The position numbers and the translations under genes are program-made. Shown one piece after another: positions 13,141 to 26,895 of a DNA stretch of 64,000 bases (the stretch's first letter is position 1; the number at the start of each line of letters is the position of its first letter). The notes beneath the pieces are model-generated. The model saw only the letters and a list, made by a program, of their open reading frames with translations. It did not search any database and was not told the origin of the DNA. This DNA is from Octopus sinensis. Lineage: Eukaryota. The stretch spans positions 21,079,360 to 21,143,359 of the forward strand of contig NC_043019.1 in assembly GCF_006345805.1 (NCBI RefSeq), written 5' to 3'.

Positions 13141-14409
13141 AAAAAGGGGGCATTTTTTAAATTTTAATTTTGTTGTTAAAGAGTTAACCCTTCTGTAACA
13201 AAATTTCGAGTTAATTTATGTTCCAAACTCTAGTTTAATAATGAAGAATAAAAATCTTCATTAATTTCAAAATTAACTGAAATGAAGTTGAAATACAACT
13301 GCTTTTGTTCCAGTTAATTCTTAAAAGAAGGAAAAATTTAGTAAAGTAACTAAGTCATTATTAAGCTTGTGTTCATAATGTAACTTTTTGATGGAAGAGG
13401 ATAAATTAAATCACTTTAAAATAGAAAAAAATATATATTACAGAACCAGGGGACAGTTTGTATCAAAAATATTAAACACCATCGCCTGGCACCATGAGTT
13501 GCATGTATTCAGGCCAGGTCTCCAGTTTATGAACACATTCCCCACCTCTTTCAAAGAAAGAAAAATTATTAAAAAAAACAAAAAAAAACCCCCCAAAACC
13601 CCAGTCATCTGAACTGTGCCCTGACTTCTCTTTTAGTACATTTGATCATATTACAATTTCTTGTACCCTATTAATCTGCCACAGATTCCCCATCCTACCC
13701 ATTCCCCACTTTTGTATTCCCATTGTTTTGCACCAAGTTACACTCCTTACCAAGTTCCAGCCCATTCTTTCCTTCTTTTCTCTCCCCACATATAGAGCAA
13801 GGTCACACCCTTGATGGGATGGGGCCACACTTTTATTAATTAGTATTTTTTTTGTCTCAGCTATGTGAACCTTTGAGGTTTTGAATTTTTTTTTTTTTCA
13901 TCACTTAAATAAAAAAGAAAACTAGGTTGTCAAAATAAGAGCCACACCCCATGTATTCATATTATTATATATACCATCATGTGATTGTGTGTGTGTGTGT
14001 GTGTGTGTGTATACATATGAACATAAATAGGGAGAGATATTTAACTGCACCTGTGTGTGTGTGTGTGTGTGTCTCTGAATGTATGTATGTATGCATGTAT
14101 CTAGGTAGATAGATAATACTTTGCTTGCTGGCATTAGTTGTTCGGGTTGCCATTTTTATCTGAGTCTGTTCATATTTTGAGCTCCTGCCCACAAAGGCTG
14201 ATCAGTGAACCACATTTTGCCTCTGTGATCCTTTCTTGACTCGATTTCTGTGCTGGACGTCCTTCCTAACACCAGTCACTGGGTAGAATGTACTGGGTGT
14301 GTTTTACTTATAGCATGAACGTTAGCTGTTGCCACACCCTCACCCAGACTCAGGTCCTCCAGACTGTACTTGATCTGTTTGACTTCCATCTACATTACAG
14401 AGTATACTC

Positions 14410-14575
14410 ACGTCTGGCACCTAAAAAGCACCCACTACGCTCACGGAGTGGTTGGCATTAGAAAGGGCATCCAGCTGACTGGGTCTGGTGCAGCCTTCGG
14501 GCTTCCCAGACTCCAGTTGAACCGTCCAACCCATGCTAGCATGGAAAGCGGACGTTAAGCAATGATGATGATGAT
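14410..14575 (+). mobile_element. SINE-like family 3, 3' part, tail-to-tail with an opposite-strand relative (about 14575-14830)
   Basis: GGAGTGGTTGGCATTAGAAAGGGCATCCAGC...GGACGTTAAGCAATGATGATG meets CATCATCAT. Confidence 0.75.
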
Positions 14576-15886
14576 CATCATCATCATCCCTGTTTTAATG
14601 TCCACTTTTACATGCTAACATGGGTTAAACGGAATTCACTGAGGAAGAATTTCAGTGGCCACATGTCCATCTTTTCCCTGTCCTTCACCTGTTTCCAAGT
14701 AAGATAATGTCTCCCCATGGGCCAGATGATATATTTTCACAGAAAATGAACAAGGGGCACCACTTGCATGATGGTGTAAATGAATGCTTCCAAACATTCA
14801 TTTACAACTATTACATAATGTCATGCAAAAGCACACACACACACACACAATGGGCTTCTTTCAGGCTTTGATCATCCTGGAGCGATTGTAGAAGACACTT
14901 GTCCAAGGTGCCTCCTTATAGTTGGGACTGAACCAGGAATGATGTGGTTGGGAAGAAAATCTTCTTACAGCACAGCAGCACCTGTGCCAATGTCAGATTT
15001 CTCTCGTAATTTACATTATATACTAATATTGAATATATTGGCAGTTAATTCTATCAATTGCCTATAACATATTCAGACATATGTCATTGTCTATATTGCC
15101 AATTATTAAATTTACATTTCATCCCTGTGTGTGTGTGTGTGTGTGTGTGTGTGAGTGTGAGTGTGTGTGAGTGTGTGAGTGTGAGTGTGTGAGTGAGTGA
15201 GTGAGAGAGAGAGAGAGAGAGAGAGTGTGTGTGTGAGTGAGTGAGTGAGATAATTTCAGATTAGATATATCCTCATCACTTCTTCATACCAGATTAATTC
15301 ACATTACATTCTATATTGTATCTCACAATAGATTAATCCATGCTTCATTGTATGTATGTATGAATGCATGTATGTAGTGTGTGTGTGTTTAACATTGAAA
15401 CCCACCCCAACTTATTATCTGTATTGTCCAATATTACATTAATCCATCTTTCATCACATATTGTCCCATATCAGATTCATTCATGGATTATTATATATAA
15501 TATTCAATCTCAGATTTAATCACTCTCCATCATATCATCTTTATTGTCTGATATCGGCTTAACTTGTGGCTCATTATACATCATTTGATATTAGATTTAT
15601 CTATGGTCTCTCATATGTCATCTGATATCAGCTTAAGCCATTGCCTGCCATATATTGTCTAATATCAGATTTACTCATGGCCCGTAGTATATTATCTGAT
15701 ATCAGACTTACCCATGACCCGTCATTTATCGCCTGATGTCAGATTACCCAATAGAGTGTTAAATGTGAATGGTATACACTAGATTTGATGTGTGTATAAA
15801 CTGATTGGTCACTTGTTTCTCTGGGACTGGTAAAGTGATATACACACTTAATGAGATCCTCTATAAGGGTTGATAATCACAGTCAA

Positions 15887-16296
15887 CCCTTTAGCATTCA
15901 GATTATCCTGTCAAATGAAAAGTTTATTAACCCTTTCGTTACCAACCCTGCTGAAACTGGCTCTGGCTCTTTAGTACAAATGTCTGGTTTTCAAAAGTTC
16001 TGAATTAAAATCTTCCACCAAACCTGAGTCATAATTTACGTCCCTAACTCTAGCTTAATGATAACGATGTTATTTTACTTAATTCTTTGTTATATTTAAA
16101 ATAATTGGAAGAAACACTGAGCATCTCAAAATAAATTCAGTAACGAAAGGGTTAACATTGTCATGAATTAATCATGCATTATCTTTTAGCTTTGAGATTT
16201 TGATGATATGCTTCTTTATTTTTAAAATGACATCATAGAGTAGGTGCAAGAGAGCAGATCTGGCCTGTTTCCATATTTGGTTTAAATGCTAAAGGG
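15887..16296. mobile_element. piggyBac-like MITE family B, interrupted by a family A copy
   Basis: CCCTTTAGCATT...AATGCTAAAGGG; the two halves match 9680-9898. Confidence 0.75.
15931..16151. mobile_element. piggyBac-like MITE family A, nested inside a family B MITE
   Basis: TTAA|CCCTTTCGTTAC...GTAACGAAAGGG|TTAA; 221 bp. Confidence 0.85.
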
Positions 16297-18519
16297 TTAT
16301 GGCTATCCATCATTTCTTTTTCGATCTACAAAGAAATAGGTAAATTTGACTTGTTTGTATATCTACAAGTATATTTTACATATATTGTTTGATATCGGAT
16401 TTACCTGTGCTCTGTCTTATATCATCTGATATTAGATTTACCTATGGCCTGTCATATATCGTCTGATAGGATATTTACCCATGACTTATTATATATTATC
16501 CAGTATTACATTTACCTTATGATCTGTCATATATCCAGGTTTAGTCACACTCAGTCAAGCTTCACTCTTTAAAAGAAGTTCATATTTTGTAATTGCATTG
16601 TTAGATGTTTTTTAATAATAACTGCATACAGTGGGGGTGAGGGCAATGGAGATGTTTGTGATGGTAGACTACCAAGCTAGAGAATTTACAGTAATCATCC
16701 TGCCATCTCTCTGTTCTGAATTCAAATTTCTGATCTTTCCTGAGTAGCAGCAATAATAATAATAATAATAATGTACCAGTGATATACTGGGGGTGAAGTT
16801 GTTCTACTTTCTCTACACAAACATCGGCTTTAGACTGAATCAAAAGAATTTAATATTCATTGATGTTTTAAATCAATCATTCACAGTATTTTTGTAACTC
16901 AGTGCCTCCTCTTCTCCCTTCCCATGTTTTGCAATAAGCAAAAACAAAGAACCCACCATCACAAAGAAAAAAAAAACACCCAACCTGGTTAATTTTGATA
17001 AAACCAAAGCTGAATACGCGTTGGTTTATCTATAGTCATATTTCTCCTTCTAATGTTCTAATCCTAACAAAAAGATCTTTTTTTAAATTATTTCTGTTGA
17101 AATACACTGCCTTTATTACAATTAGTTTTTTAAATATTGAAGAATTTAGTAAAATAACTTTGTCATCATTAAGCTGGTGTTTGCACATATATTAACATGA
17201 AATTCTGATGGAAGATTTTAGTTGAGGTCACTTTAAAACATGAAGTTTGTATGATAGAACTAAGAGCAGTCTTAGCTGAGTTACAGAACCCATAGACTGA
17301 TAGTCATAACCTTTTTGTTGAGTCTAGGACATTTACCCCCTATGGACAATACCAATGGGGTTGATGGTGATTGTGCTGATGACTGCTGGATAATGGACTG
17401 AACTTAATCTATTTTTCTGTTCACTACCAGTGCCAATACCAACATCACCACCAATTACCAACATTAGTTATTACCTTGAGTATCTTTTATTCAGTTATTA
17501 CAGCTTTGCTTTGATTTCAAAACATCTGTTTCTTTTGACAAAGTAGAAGGCAAAATGTTATAAAGGAGAGTGTCACGTACAGACTTCCCATATTCCTAGT
17601 ATATCACTGGTATGTATTTATAAAGAGCAAATATAAAAATAACTCTTGAGGGATCGATTGAAAATGAAGTTGTACTTTGAAGAATTTGAATTCCAGAACT
17701 GATAGTATAATGAGATAACAAAACTGTAAGACATCTAGTCTGAGGCGCCTCTTCTCATTCTACCAATCCATTGTCCTTTATTTTACTAAAATTAACATAT
17801 CGTTAAGAGTTGGATTTATTATTTTTTTGTTATTTGTTTATTCTCTTGTTATGTTTATTGTTTCGTTAATATTCCTTCTCTCGTTATCTTTACTTTCTCG
17901 TTATGCCTTCTGTAATTGTTTGTTTACTTTCTCTGTCTTTTTATTCCCTTTCTCTGTCTCTTTTCTCTACTCTCCCTCTCTTTATTTCCTCTGCTTTCTC
18001 TCTCTAGTTTCCTTCTCCCTCTCTATTCTCTCCTCCCTCTACTCCTTTCTCTTCCTCCATTTTTCCATCTTAGAGTATCTCTGTTTACTCTCCCTCTGTC
18101 TTTATTTTCTCTCTCTCTCTCTCCATCTCTATCTATCTCTCTCCTCTCTTTATTCTATTCTTAATTATTGACTGGACATAATTTCCTCTGACAATCCAAC
18201 AAGGGCAACAACCACAATTTCTCGAGATGATTCTCTTAATTTGCTACCTTCTTATTTTTGCATGGCTTTCTTCTTTCTGTTCGTTATAGTTGATCACCTT
18301 ATTTTTTTGACAAAGCAATTAAATTTCTATTTAAATTGATTCCAATACAAAGCAACAGTGATTTACTTTTTTTAAATTATTTCTTTTATTCAATGATTAT
18401 TTAAAAAAAAATTTCTTGTTATTATTGTTATTATTTTTATTGTTGTTATTATTGAATTCATTAATAAAGAAATTGCTATTAAAAGAAGAAAATCAGAAAT
18501 TTATATTATTATTATTCTT

Positions 18520-19235
18520 CAAATTCTATAATGGTTGACTTTGCTTTTCATCCTTATGGGCTCAATAAAATAAAGTAACTGTCAAGTAATGGGGTCAGTT
18601 TAATTGAATATACCTCTTCCCTACCCAAAATTTCTGGCCTTGTGCCTTTGTAAGAAATTATTACTACATTGGAAAAATTGTGTAGTGGCATTTCTTCTGA
18701 CTTCACATTCTGAGTTCAGATGCTGCCAGGGTTGACTTTGCCTTTCATCCTTCCAGAGGTTGATAAAATCAGCACTGGGGTCGATGTAATTGACTTGCAC
18801 CCTTCCCCAAAATTTGAAGCCATTATTACTGTCGTTAGCTAGCATGTCAGACAAAATGCTTAGCAGCATTTTTTCTGGCTCTTTGCATTCTGAGTTCAAA
18901 TATTAACAAGGTCCACTTTGCCTTTCTTCCATTCAGGGTCGATAAAATAAGTACAAATTGAACACTGGAGTCAATATAATCCACTCCCACTCCCACCCCC
19001 AAATTATTATTAAGGTGGTAAGCTGGCAGAATCGTTAGTACATTGGTCAAAATACTTAGTGGTATTTTCTCCTGCTTTTTGTGTTTCGGGCTTAAGTGCC
19101 ACCGTGGTCAACTTTGCCTTTCATCCTTTTGGGGGTCAGTAAAATAAAGTACCAGTCATGCACTGAGGTCAATGTAATCAGCTTACCCACTCCCTCTAAA
19201 ATTGCTTGCCTTGTGCTAAAATTTGAAAGAATTAA
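18520..19235 (+). mobile_element. Head-to-tail array of about four old family 2 SINE units
   Basis: The core actttgcctttcatcc recurs near 18538, 18735, 18915 and 19111. Other old copies lie near 21020-21400, 21628-21850, 23515-23670 and 33360-33700. Confidence 0.75.
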
Positions 19236-19409
19236 AGGTAGTGAACTATCAGTTCAAAATGATCTGATGTTGCCAAACATTTCGATTAGTTAAAGTCTTA
19301 TTAATTCTCTAACACTGACTGATCTACATTTGTCTGTGATATGGTAGTGGCTTTCATTTACCATTTTGTTTTATTGTTTGTCTCTTGTTATGTGTTCACT
19401 GCTGGTGGC

Positions 19410-19700
19410 TAGATGACCAGTGTGTTTAAGTCTGGAGGTTGTGACTGAATGGTTAGTATGTTGTAAGTTGGATATCAGGAGTAATTGACCAGTATGTTGC
19501 AGGTTGGAAGTTAAGGATGGATGAGTGGTATGTTGCAGGCTGGCAATCAGGAATGGATGAATGTTCAGTATGTTGAAGGCTGGAGGTCAAGAATGGAAGC
19601 CCAGTATGTTTATAGGCTGGAGATCAATGTCCAGTATGTTGTCCGGAGGTTACTACAGGACGACCATTTAAAATTGCAGTCTGGTGGTTACAGCAGGACA
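19410..19700. repeat. Degenerate ~36-bp minisatellite
   Basis: Recurrent CAGTATGTTG.AGGCTGGAGGTCA.GA.TGGAT. Confidence 0.7.
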
Positions 19701-20581
19701 ACTACATAATGATTTTAGAGTGGTGACATGTTTGGATGACCACCACTTAGCAATGATTTAATAACTATATGAATGAATGAGAAGTAGAAAAAAATTTTTT
19801 TTTAACTTTAACAAAAGTGCATTTTAGATAAATCTAATAAAGAAATTATTTTTTGAGAAAAACTAGACACTTAGGCATCGAAACTGGACAAATAATCTAC
19901 CTGTTCTACATTGAAACTGACCAGATCACACCTACCCTAAAAATAAGCAATTACATCATCAAAATCTTGAAGCTATGAGATAATGCCTGATTAATTCAAA
20001 ACAATGTGAGTAAGCAAGCATGACATTTGATAGAGTACTTTGAATGTTAAAGGGTCAAAGAAATATTTAATAATTAATGGAAGAGTATTTTATAATATAA
20101 CAAGGCTGACACATATTTTTGTCTCCTTTGGATATGTTTGAAGTATTTGACTGGAAAGAAACACAGACAAAATAACTTGATAATTCTTTGCTAACGAAAG
20201 AAATAATTTGATAAAAATACCCCGAATTGAAATACTTGTTTTTTTTTGTATTTGTTTTGTTTTTGTCTTGTTTAAAATACCCAAACCAAAAAGAATAACA
20301 AGGACAAATGATAAGATTGCAGTTTTCAAGCTTGAGAATGTGGTAAATACTTTAGCAGAAAGCTGATTACGATACAATAAAGAACTTCTTGGTGGAGATG
20401 TTTGACATGTTGAAAGATAAGGGAAGACTAAGGAAAGCTTGGTTTAGCTTCTAAAAAAGAAAAAAAAAGAGGAAAAGTGACAGTTATTAACTGTTTTAAG
20501 ACATTGAAATAGTGTTTCTGTGTATTTTGATTAAATTTTAAAACAATCAGGAATTGGGATGTTTTTTTTTTTTCTTTTAAT

Positions 20582-20972
20582 TTTTCTTTTACTTGTTTCA
20601 GTCATTTGACTGTGGCCATGCTGGAGCACCACCTTTAGTCGAGCAAATCGACCCCGGGACTTATTCTTTGTAAGCCCAGTACTTATTCTATCGGTCTCTT
20701 TTGCCGAACCACTAAGTGACGGGTACGTAAACACACCAGCATCGGTTGTCAAGCAATGCTAGGGGGACAAACACAGATACACAAACACACACACATATAT
20801 ATATTCATATATACGACAGGCTTCTTTCAGTTTCCGTCTACCAAATCCACTCACAAGGCATTGGTTGGTCCAGGGCTATAGCAGAAGACACTTGCCCAAG
20901 ATGCCATGCAGTGGGACTGAACCAGAACCATGTGGTTGGTTAGCAAGCTACTTACCACACAGCCACTCCTGC
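20582..20972 (-). mobile_element. SINE family 1
   Basis: Near-consensus full-length match. Confidence 0.88.
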
Positions 20973-21397
20973 ACCCTGTTATTTTCTCTTTTTTTTAAAA
21001 TTATTTCTTTATCTGGATTTATGGAGCACCAGACAAAAATGCCTAGTAGTTTTTATGTTCTGTGTTCAAATCCCATCAAGGTCAACTTTACCTTTCATCC
21101 CTCCAGGGTTGATAAAACAGAGTCCCTACCAGTGAAGTACTGAGCTCAGCAGTATTAACTAATTCCCCCTCCCCTCAGAAAAACCAATATTTATTAAAAT
21201 GGCTAACAGGCCGGATTGTTAGAGCATTGGGAAAATGTCTACAGTATTTGTTCTGGCACTTTAGATGTTGTGAGTTCAAATCTTATTGATATCAACTTAC
21301 CTTTCAGCCTTTTAATAAAACTGAGTACTGGTGACAATGCTATCAACTCAACATTCTCTCCTCAAAATTGGTGGCCTTGTTCCTAAATCACAAACCA

Positions 21398-21620
21398 TTA
21401 TTATTATTCTTTTACCTTAGGTTTTGTTGTAACTTCTGGAATCTTGCATGAGTAGAAGGCTTGCTACCTGCAGCCTATGATACCATGCTATTTATTCTCT
21501 TCAACTATTTGATGCTTTCCTGATTATTCTGGCTGTATCAGGGAGAGAAACTTTTTGCAAAAGCTCTGCTGGGTACCGTATTCCCATTTCCTTTATGATC
21601 CTCTCAATATTATTATTATC
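21398..21620 (-). mobile_element. R4/Dong-like (restriction-like endonuclease) LINE 3' end
   Basis: ELLQKVSLPDTARIIRKA matches the LQK..LLGTARI.RK C-terminal motif. Both ends sit in (TAA)n, the known Dong target. Confidence 0.65.
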
Positions 21621-22358
21621 ATCATTAATAAGGTGGCAAGCTGGCAGAACCATTAGCACGCCGGGCTGTATGCTAAGCAACATTTCATCTGACTTTATAT
21701 TCTGAGTTCAAATTCTGTCAAGGTCAACTTTGCCTTTCATCGGTTTGGGGTCAATAAGTTATGTACCAGTGAAACTCTGGGGTCGATGTAATCAACTAGT
21801 CCCCTCTCCCAAAATTTCAGGCCTTGTGCCTCTTGTAGAAAGGATTATTATTCTCATTAATGAGTGAGAGAGCAGCATACTCCACCAAAACGACATATGC
21901 CCATCATCACTACCCATCTAATAAGAGTACATCATGCACACACATCATAACTATATGTGTACAACATGATGACCTTGCAAGTGGGGCCCAGTTAGAATTT
22001 TCTTCAGGTTGTGTAGCCCAACCTGCTCAAATGGTCCCTGAATAAGGTTTATTTAAGGATGATGAGCAAAATACCCATGTTTCCAGGGTAAATTATTCTG
22101 ACCTCATATGATGATCCTCCACTGCTTCTGCTCATGATCAGTGTTGCATATATCATTGGTCACTAAGGGACATGCTCAACTGGTTACGGTCAAGCAACTG
22201 ACCAAATCTGTGGCATTGAGCAGAATATTGGCTGTAGCCTTTCTTTCATGCCAAGACAGAGCATGTACATGTTAGCAGTTTCAATCAGTTAAGAATAGGA
22301 AGCACGAGAGACACTGCCTGGTATTGCATCAGGCATTTATTATTATTGTCATTATTAA

Positions 22359-22578
22359 CCCTTTCGTTACTGTATTTATTTTGAGATGCTCTGTATTTCT
22401 TTCAATTACTTTAAATATAACAAAGAATTTAATAAAATAACTTAGTTATCATTAAGCTAGTGTTAGGAACATAAATTGTGACTAAGGTTTGGTGGAAGAT
22501 TTTAATTCAAAACTTATGAAAACAAGACATTTGTACTCAGAGCCAGATTCAGTTTCATCCGGGTTGGTAATGAAAGGG
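22359..22578. mobile_element. piggyBac-like MITE family A (opposite orientation)
   Basis: TTAA|CCCTTTCGTTAC...GTAATGAAAGGG|TTAA; reverse complement of 15931-16151. Decayed relatives lie near 13184-13475, 17085-17280, 38585-38804 and 61355-61760. Confidence 0.85.
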
Positions 22579-23257
22579 TTAAAGTGGTGAGCTGGCAGAA
22601 TCGTTAGCACATGGGGCAAAATGCTTATCGATGTCTCATCTATCTTTACATTCTGAGTTTAATACGACTGCTTTAAACCAGTTAGTTCTGTATCTTAGAC
22701 CCAGAGCCTATCTCTGGATGGGTTGGAAGGTTTCTTTCGTACGATGGTAGATGTTTATTTTAGAACGTAGATACATTATAAATGACTTTTGAGAAATTTA
22801 TCCCTTGCTCATGCTGCAGTTGGTTTTAATTTCAAATAAGAACTGTTCTACTTTTGTCAATATATTGCAGATTGTTTCTGTTTCTTTCTTTTTCCTTTTC
22901 TTTCTTTTTTTTCCTGTAAATATTCCATATGTTATATTTTGGTTGCCTATGAGAAAATGAGATACTGATAAACGGTTTCCCTTGGGAGTTCCCCAAACTC
23001 TGGTATGAATGTGGGTGAACGCGTGTGTGTGTGTTTGTCTCACTGTTTGACAACTGATATTGGTTTGTTTTCATTCTCATAACTTAGCAGTTCAGAAAAG
23101 AGAGATCAATAGATTGGGTACCAGACTTAAATACACACACACACACACATACATGCATGTATACATACATACACATACACACACACATACATACATACAT
23201 ACATACATACAAATATATACATACATACATACATACATATACATACAAGTATATACA

Positions 23258-23302
<45 letters not shown>

Positions 23303-24044
23303 GACAAGCTTCTACACAGTTTCCATCTACCATATTTACTCACCATGCATTAGTTGAGTTGGGGCTATAGTTAGGTCTTTTTTTTTTATCAAAGCTGTGT
23401 CTGATAGACAACAGACTTGTTTGTCAAAGCTGTCTTTGTAAAGACAAGCCCTTTTCTCTTCCTCCAAATCCATTGTACCATCTTCCAAATACATAGGAAT
23501 ATTATACAATGAATTTAAGGCAGCTAGCTGGCAGAATTATTAGCACATCCTGTCTATACATTCTGACTTCATATGCCACTGGGGTCAACTTTGTCTTAAA
23601 ATAAGTAGCAGTTAGCGCTAAGGGTTGAAGTAATTGAAATTGCTGGCATTGTGCCAAAATTTGAAACCAATATCGTACAGTTAATGCATTAGGCCTGTTG
23701 GGTGAAAATTATATTTATGGTTGTGATTTGCTGGTAAAAATCATGTGATGTAAAAAAAAGGGTTTTGAAAGGAGATCAGAAAGAGATTAAACTAGGTATT
23801 TCAAATGGCACATCACAAAATCAAAATGTGGACATGTTGTATATGCTCAGCCCAGCCCTCATTGAGCAAACAGGCCTTTTCAGGTTTTTATTCTCTAGTT
23901 GTAGCCAATTGACTGCAGCTGTGCTATGGCACTAGCTTTGAAGGTTTAGTCAGATTCCCCACCCCCATGACTTTTTTTCACATCTGGTAACTTATTTTAT
24001 TGAACTTTGATGAACTACTAAGTTAAAGTCACATAAACACACAT

Positions 24045-24077
<33 letters not shown>

Positions 24078-24623
24078 TATCTATATATTTGTGTGACTGT
24101 GTTTATGTATGTGTGGTTGTCATTTCAGTGACCCTCTTTTGTCATATATTGTGTCCTGCTGATTTTACTTCAGTTATATAAGAGGTACACTCGTCTGTGG
24201 AATCCTCAGCCACTTACAGGCTCATTCAATGAGACCTGCAGTTTGCCTGGCCAAACAACTGAACCCTCATCGTCAAGAAATTCTGACCAAATCCCCCACC
24301 CCACACGTTTGTGTGTGTGTATCTATTTAAACATGTATATATGTGATTAGTGTGTACAGTTAAGTCATTTATCTTATGACTAATGCCACTGTCTCAGCTT
24401 GTTGGAGTGGATAGCTGGTTGCATTCTTTACCAAGCCAGTTTAATTGCTGTCTTCTCCCCTCTTGACTTAGTAATCTCTTTGATGTCATAATGTTATTAG
24501 CTTAAAAGTTGACACACATATTATTGAAAAGCAATAGTGTGTGTGTGTGTGTAACATGTTTTATAAAGACGTCTGTCTGTTTGAAGTTCACTGAGACAAT
24601 ATTTAAGGGTCACATAGGTATTT

Positions 24624-24932
24624 TATCATCATCATCATTTAACATCCACTTTCCATGCTGGCATGGGTTGGATGGTTTGACTGAGGACTGGCAAGCCAGA
24701 AAGCTGCACCTCCAATCTGATCTAGCATAGTTTCTACTGCCAGATGCCCTTCCTAACACCAACCACTCCAAGAGTGTAGTGGGTGCTTTTTATGTGCCAC
24801 CAGCATGAGGGCCAGTCAGGCAATGCTGGCATCGACCACACTTGAATGGTGCTTTTTATGTGCCATCGGCATGGGAGCCAGTCAGGCGGAACTAGCAATG
24901 ACCATGTTCAAATGGTGCTTTTTACGTGCCCC
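24624..24932 (-). mobile_element. SINE-like family 3 (older copies at about 25245-25445, 43800-44025 and 48825-48970)
   Basis: Matches 3361-3730. Confidence 0.8.
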
Positions 24933-26324
24933 TGGCAATGGCTGCATGAACTGGTGCAACGTGAAATAAAGTGTCTTGCTCAAGAACACAACATGCAGCC
25001 CAGTCCGGGATTCGAACACACAACCTCATGATCATAAGCTCGACGCTCTGACCACTGAGCCATGCGCCTTCACATGTCTATTAAGCCTGTATATTTAATA
25101 CATATAAAGCATATACATACATGTGAGCAGTGCATCATTTGTATGCAGCCTTTAATGGAAAAATTACTATTAACCTTATGCTTAATGTCATTGTCTCAGT
25201 TTGGTAGCACTTGCCGACCACAACAGAACTGAAATCCTAAAACCAAGGTGCCATGTAAAAAGCACTGATGACAGTGCTGGGTAAAAAGCACACAGTGTTC
25301 ACTCTGTAAAGTGGTTGGTATTAAAAAGGGCATCTATTCGTAGAAACCAGGTCCAAACAGTCTATGGAACTTGATGTGGCCCCTGGCTTTGCCAGTTGCT
25401 GTCAAGCTGCCCAACCCATGGAAAGCTGTCATTGAATGTTGATGACTATAATATTAGTTATTTGGACAGCAATGCTTCCCATAGTGTTGAAATATATTAG
25501 TTATTATGACATATATGTATGTATATAATTTGTGTAGAAAGTAAATCTAAAAAAGCATGCAGACAATAAATGGTAATACATAGCACTCATAATGGCAGTA
25601 AATCTTATACAATTCTCACCATACACAGCGCAATAAATAATAAACTCTTTGCAGACAGTAAACACACTAGTCTGATGATTAAGATAGTAAAGTAGATAAA
25701 ACTCATGTTATTGTTTAATAACTTTGGTAAGACACCCCTCATGGTGTGTGTGTGTGTGTGATTAAAAAAAAAAAAAGCCTTGCCTAATTGTCCCTAATGA
25801 TTATTGACACTTTGTTCTTCTTTCATTAAACCTCATTAAAACAACAACCAAATTGTGTTAACAATGGAAGGGCGGGGGGGGGGGACAATTGTTATCTGTT
25901 ATGGTGACTGCCCCCAGCCTCCACCCATGCTCTCTCTCCTGTTGAGTCTTTATTGTTTGTTGTTGCCTGCCTGGCATATTTCTGTGTCTGTTGAATGAGA
26001 GAACCAAGCAACTGACACAATTATCAACAACATGCACTAAGTTGGCCATCAGTTGTTTGTTAAGTGGTGGAAGAGACTACCTAAAGAAAAAGAAGAAAAA
26101 CGACAACAAAAGCACACAACTACACAACCTTTTTTACACACACACATGGGGTGGGTGGAGAGAGCAGAAAGACAAAGATGCCCTAACATTTATTATTTAA
26201 TAAATGTCAAAATTATTCCTGAAATGAATTCATTGCAGCTAGCTTCCATGCTTTCTTTGTAGCAACTCTAAATACTATGGTAATACTAATGTTTTGTGAA
26301 GTCATTCCGTCTATATTGGTATTT

Positions 26325-26895
26325 GGTGATTTCCCACTAAAGTTTGTATTTGCTGGCATTTTTTGATGTTTGTATTTGGCATTATTCTATGAAACATTGT
26401 ATTTGGTGACGCCACCATTAAAGTTTGTTTTAAAGACATCCCATTAAAGTTTGTCTGGCAACACCCCATTAAAGTTTATATTGGGTAACACCTCATTAAA
26501 GTTTGTCTTTGAGACCTTATTAAAATTTGTATTGAAGACATCTCATTTAAGTTTGTGTCTGGCAACACCCATTAAAGTTTGTATTGGGGACACCCCATCA
26601 AAGCTTGTATTTAGCAACATCTCCTTAAAGTTTGTATTGGAGACATTCCATTGAAGTTTGTATTTGTGGCACCCCATTAAAATATCATGCCATTAAAGTT
26701 TCTTTTATTTCCCATTAAAATGTGTGTCTGGCAACACCCCATTAAAGTTTGTATTTGGTGACATTTCATTCAAGCTATTTGGCAACACCATTAAAATTTG
26801 TATTGGTGACATCTCATTGAAGGTTGTATTTGGTAATACCCCATTAAAGTTTGTATAAGGTGCCACCCCATTAAAGTTTCTATTTGGTAACAAAT
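26325..26895. repeat. Degenerate ~26-27-bp minisatellite, about 20 units
   Basis: Consensus CCCATTAAAGTTTGTATTTGGCAACAC. Confidence 0.9.

Larger units (their letters stand above)
15420..16540. repeat. Degenerate ~37-bp minisatellite in two blocks (about 15420-15750 and 16375-16540) split by nested MITEs
   Basis: Consensus approximately TCTGATATCAGATTTACCCATGGCCTGTCATATATCG. Confidence 0.75.

Noticed and set aside
20746-20943. Recurrent MSSNARGTNTDTQTH... ORFs (also 33950, 47504, 60017)
   Set aside because: They are antisense translations of SINE family 1, not a gene family.
26325-26895. Regularly spaced repeats resembling a CRISPR array
   Set aside because: The units are contiguous and degenerate with no unique spacers or cas genes, in a eukaryotic context: a minisatellite.
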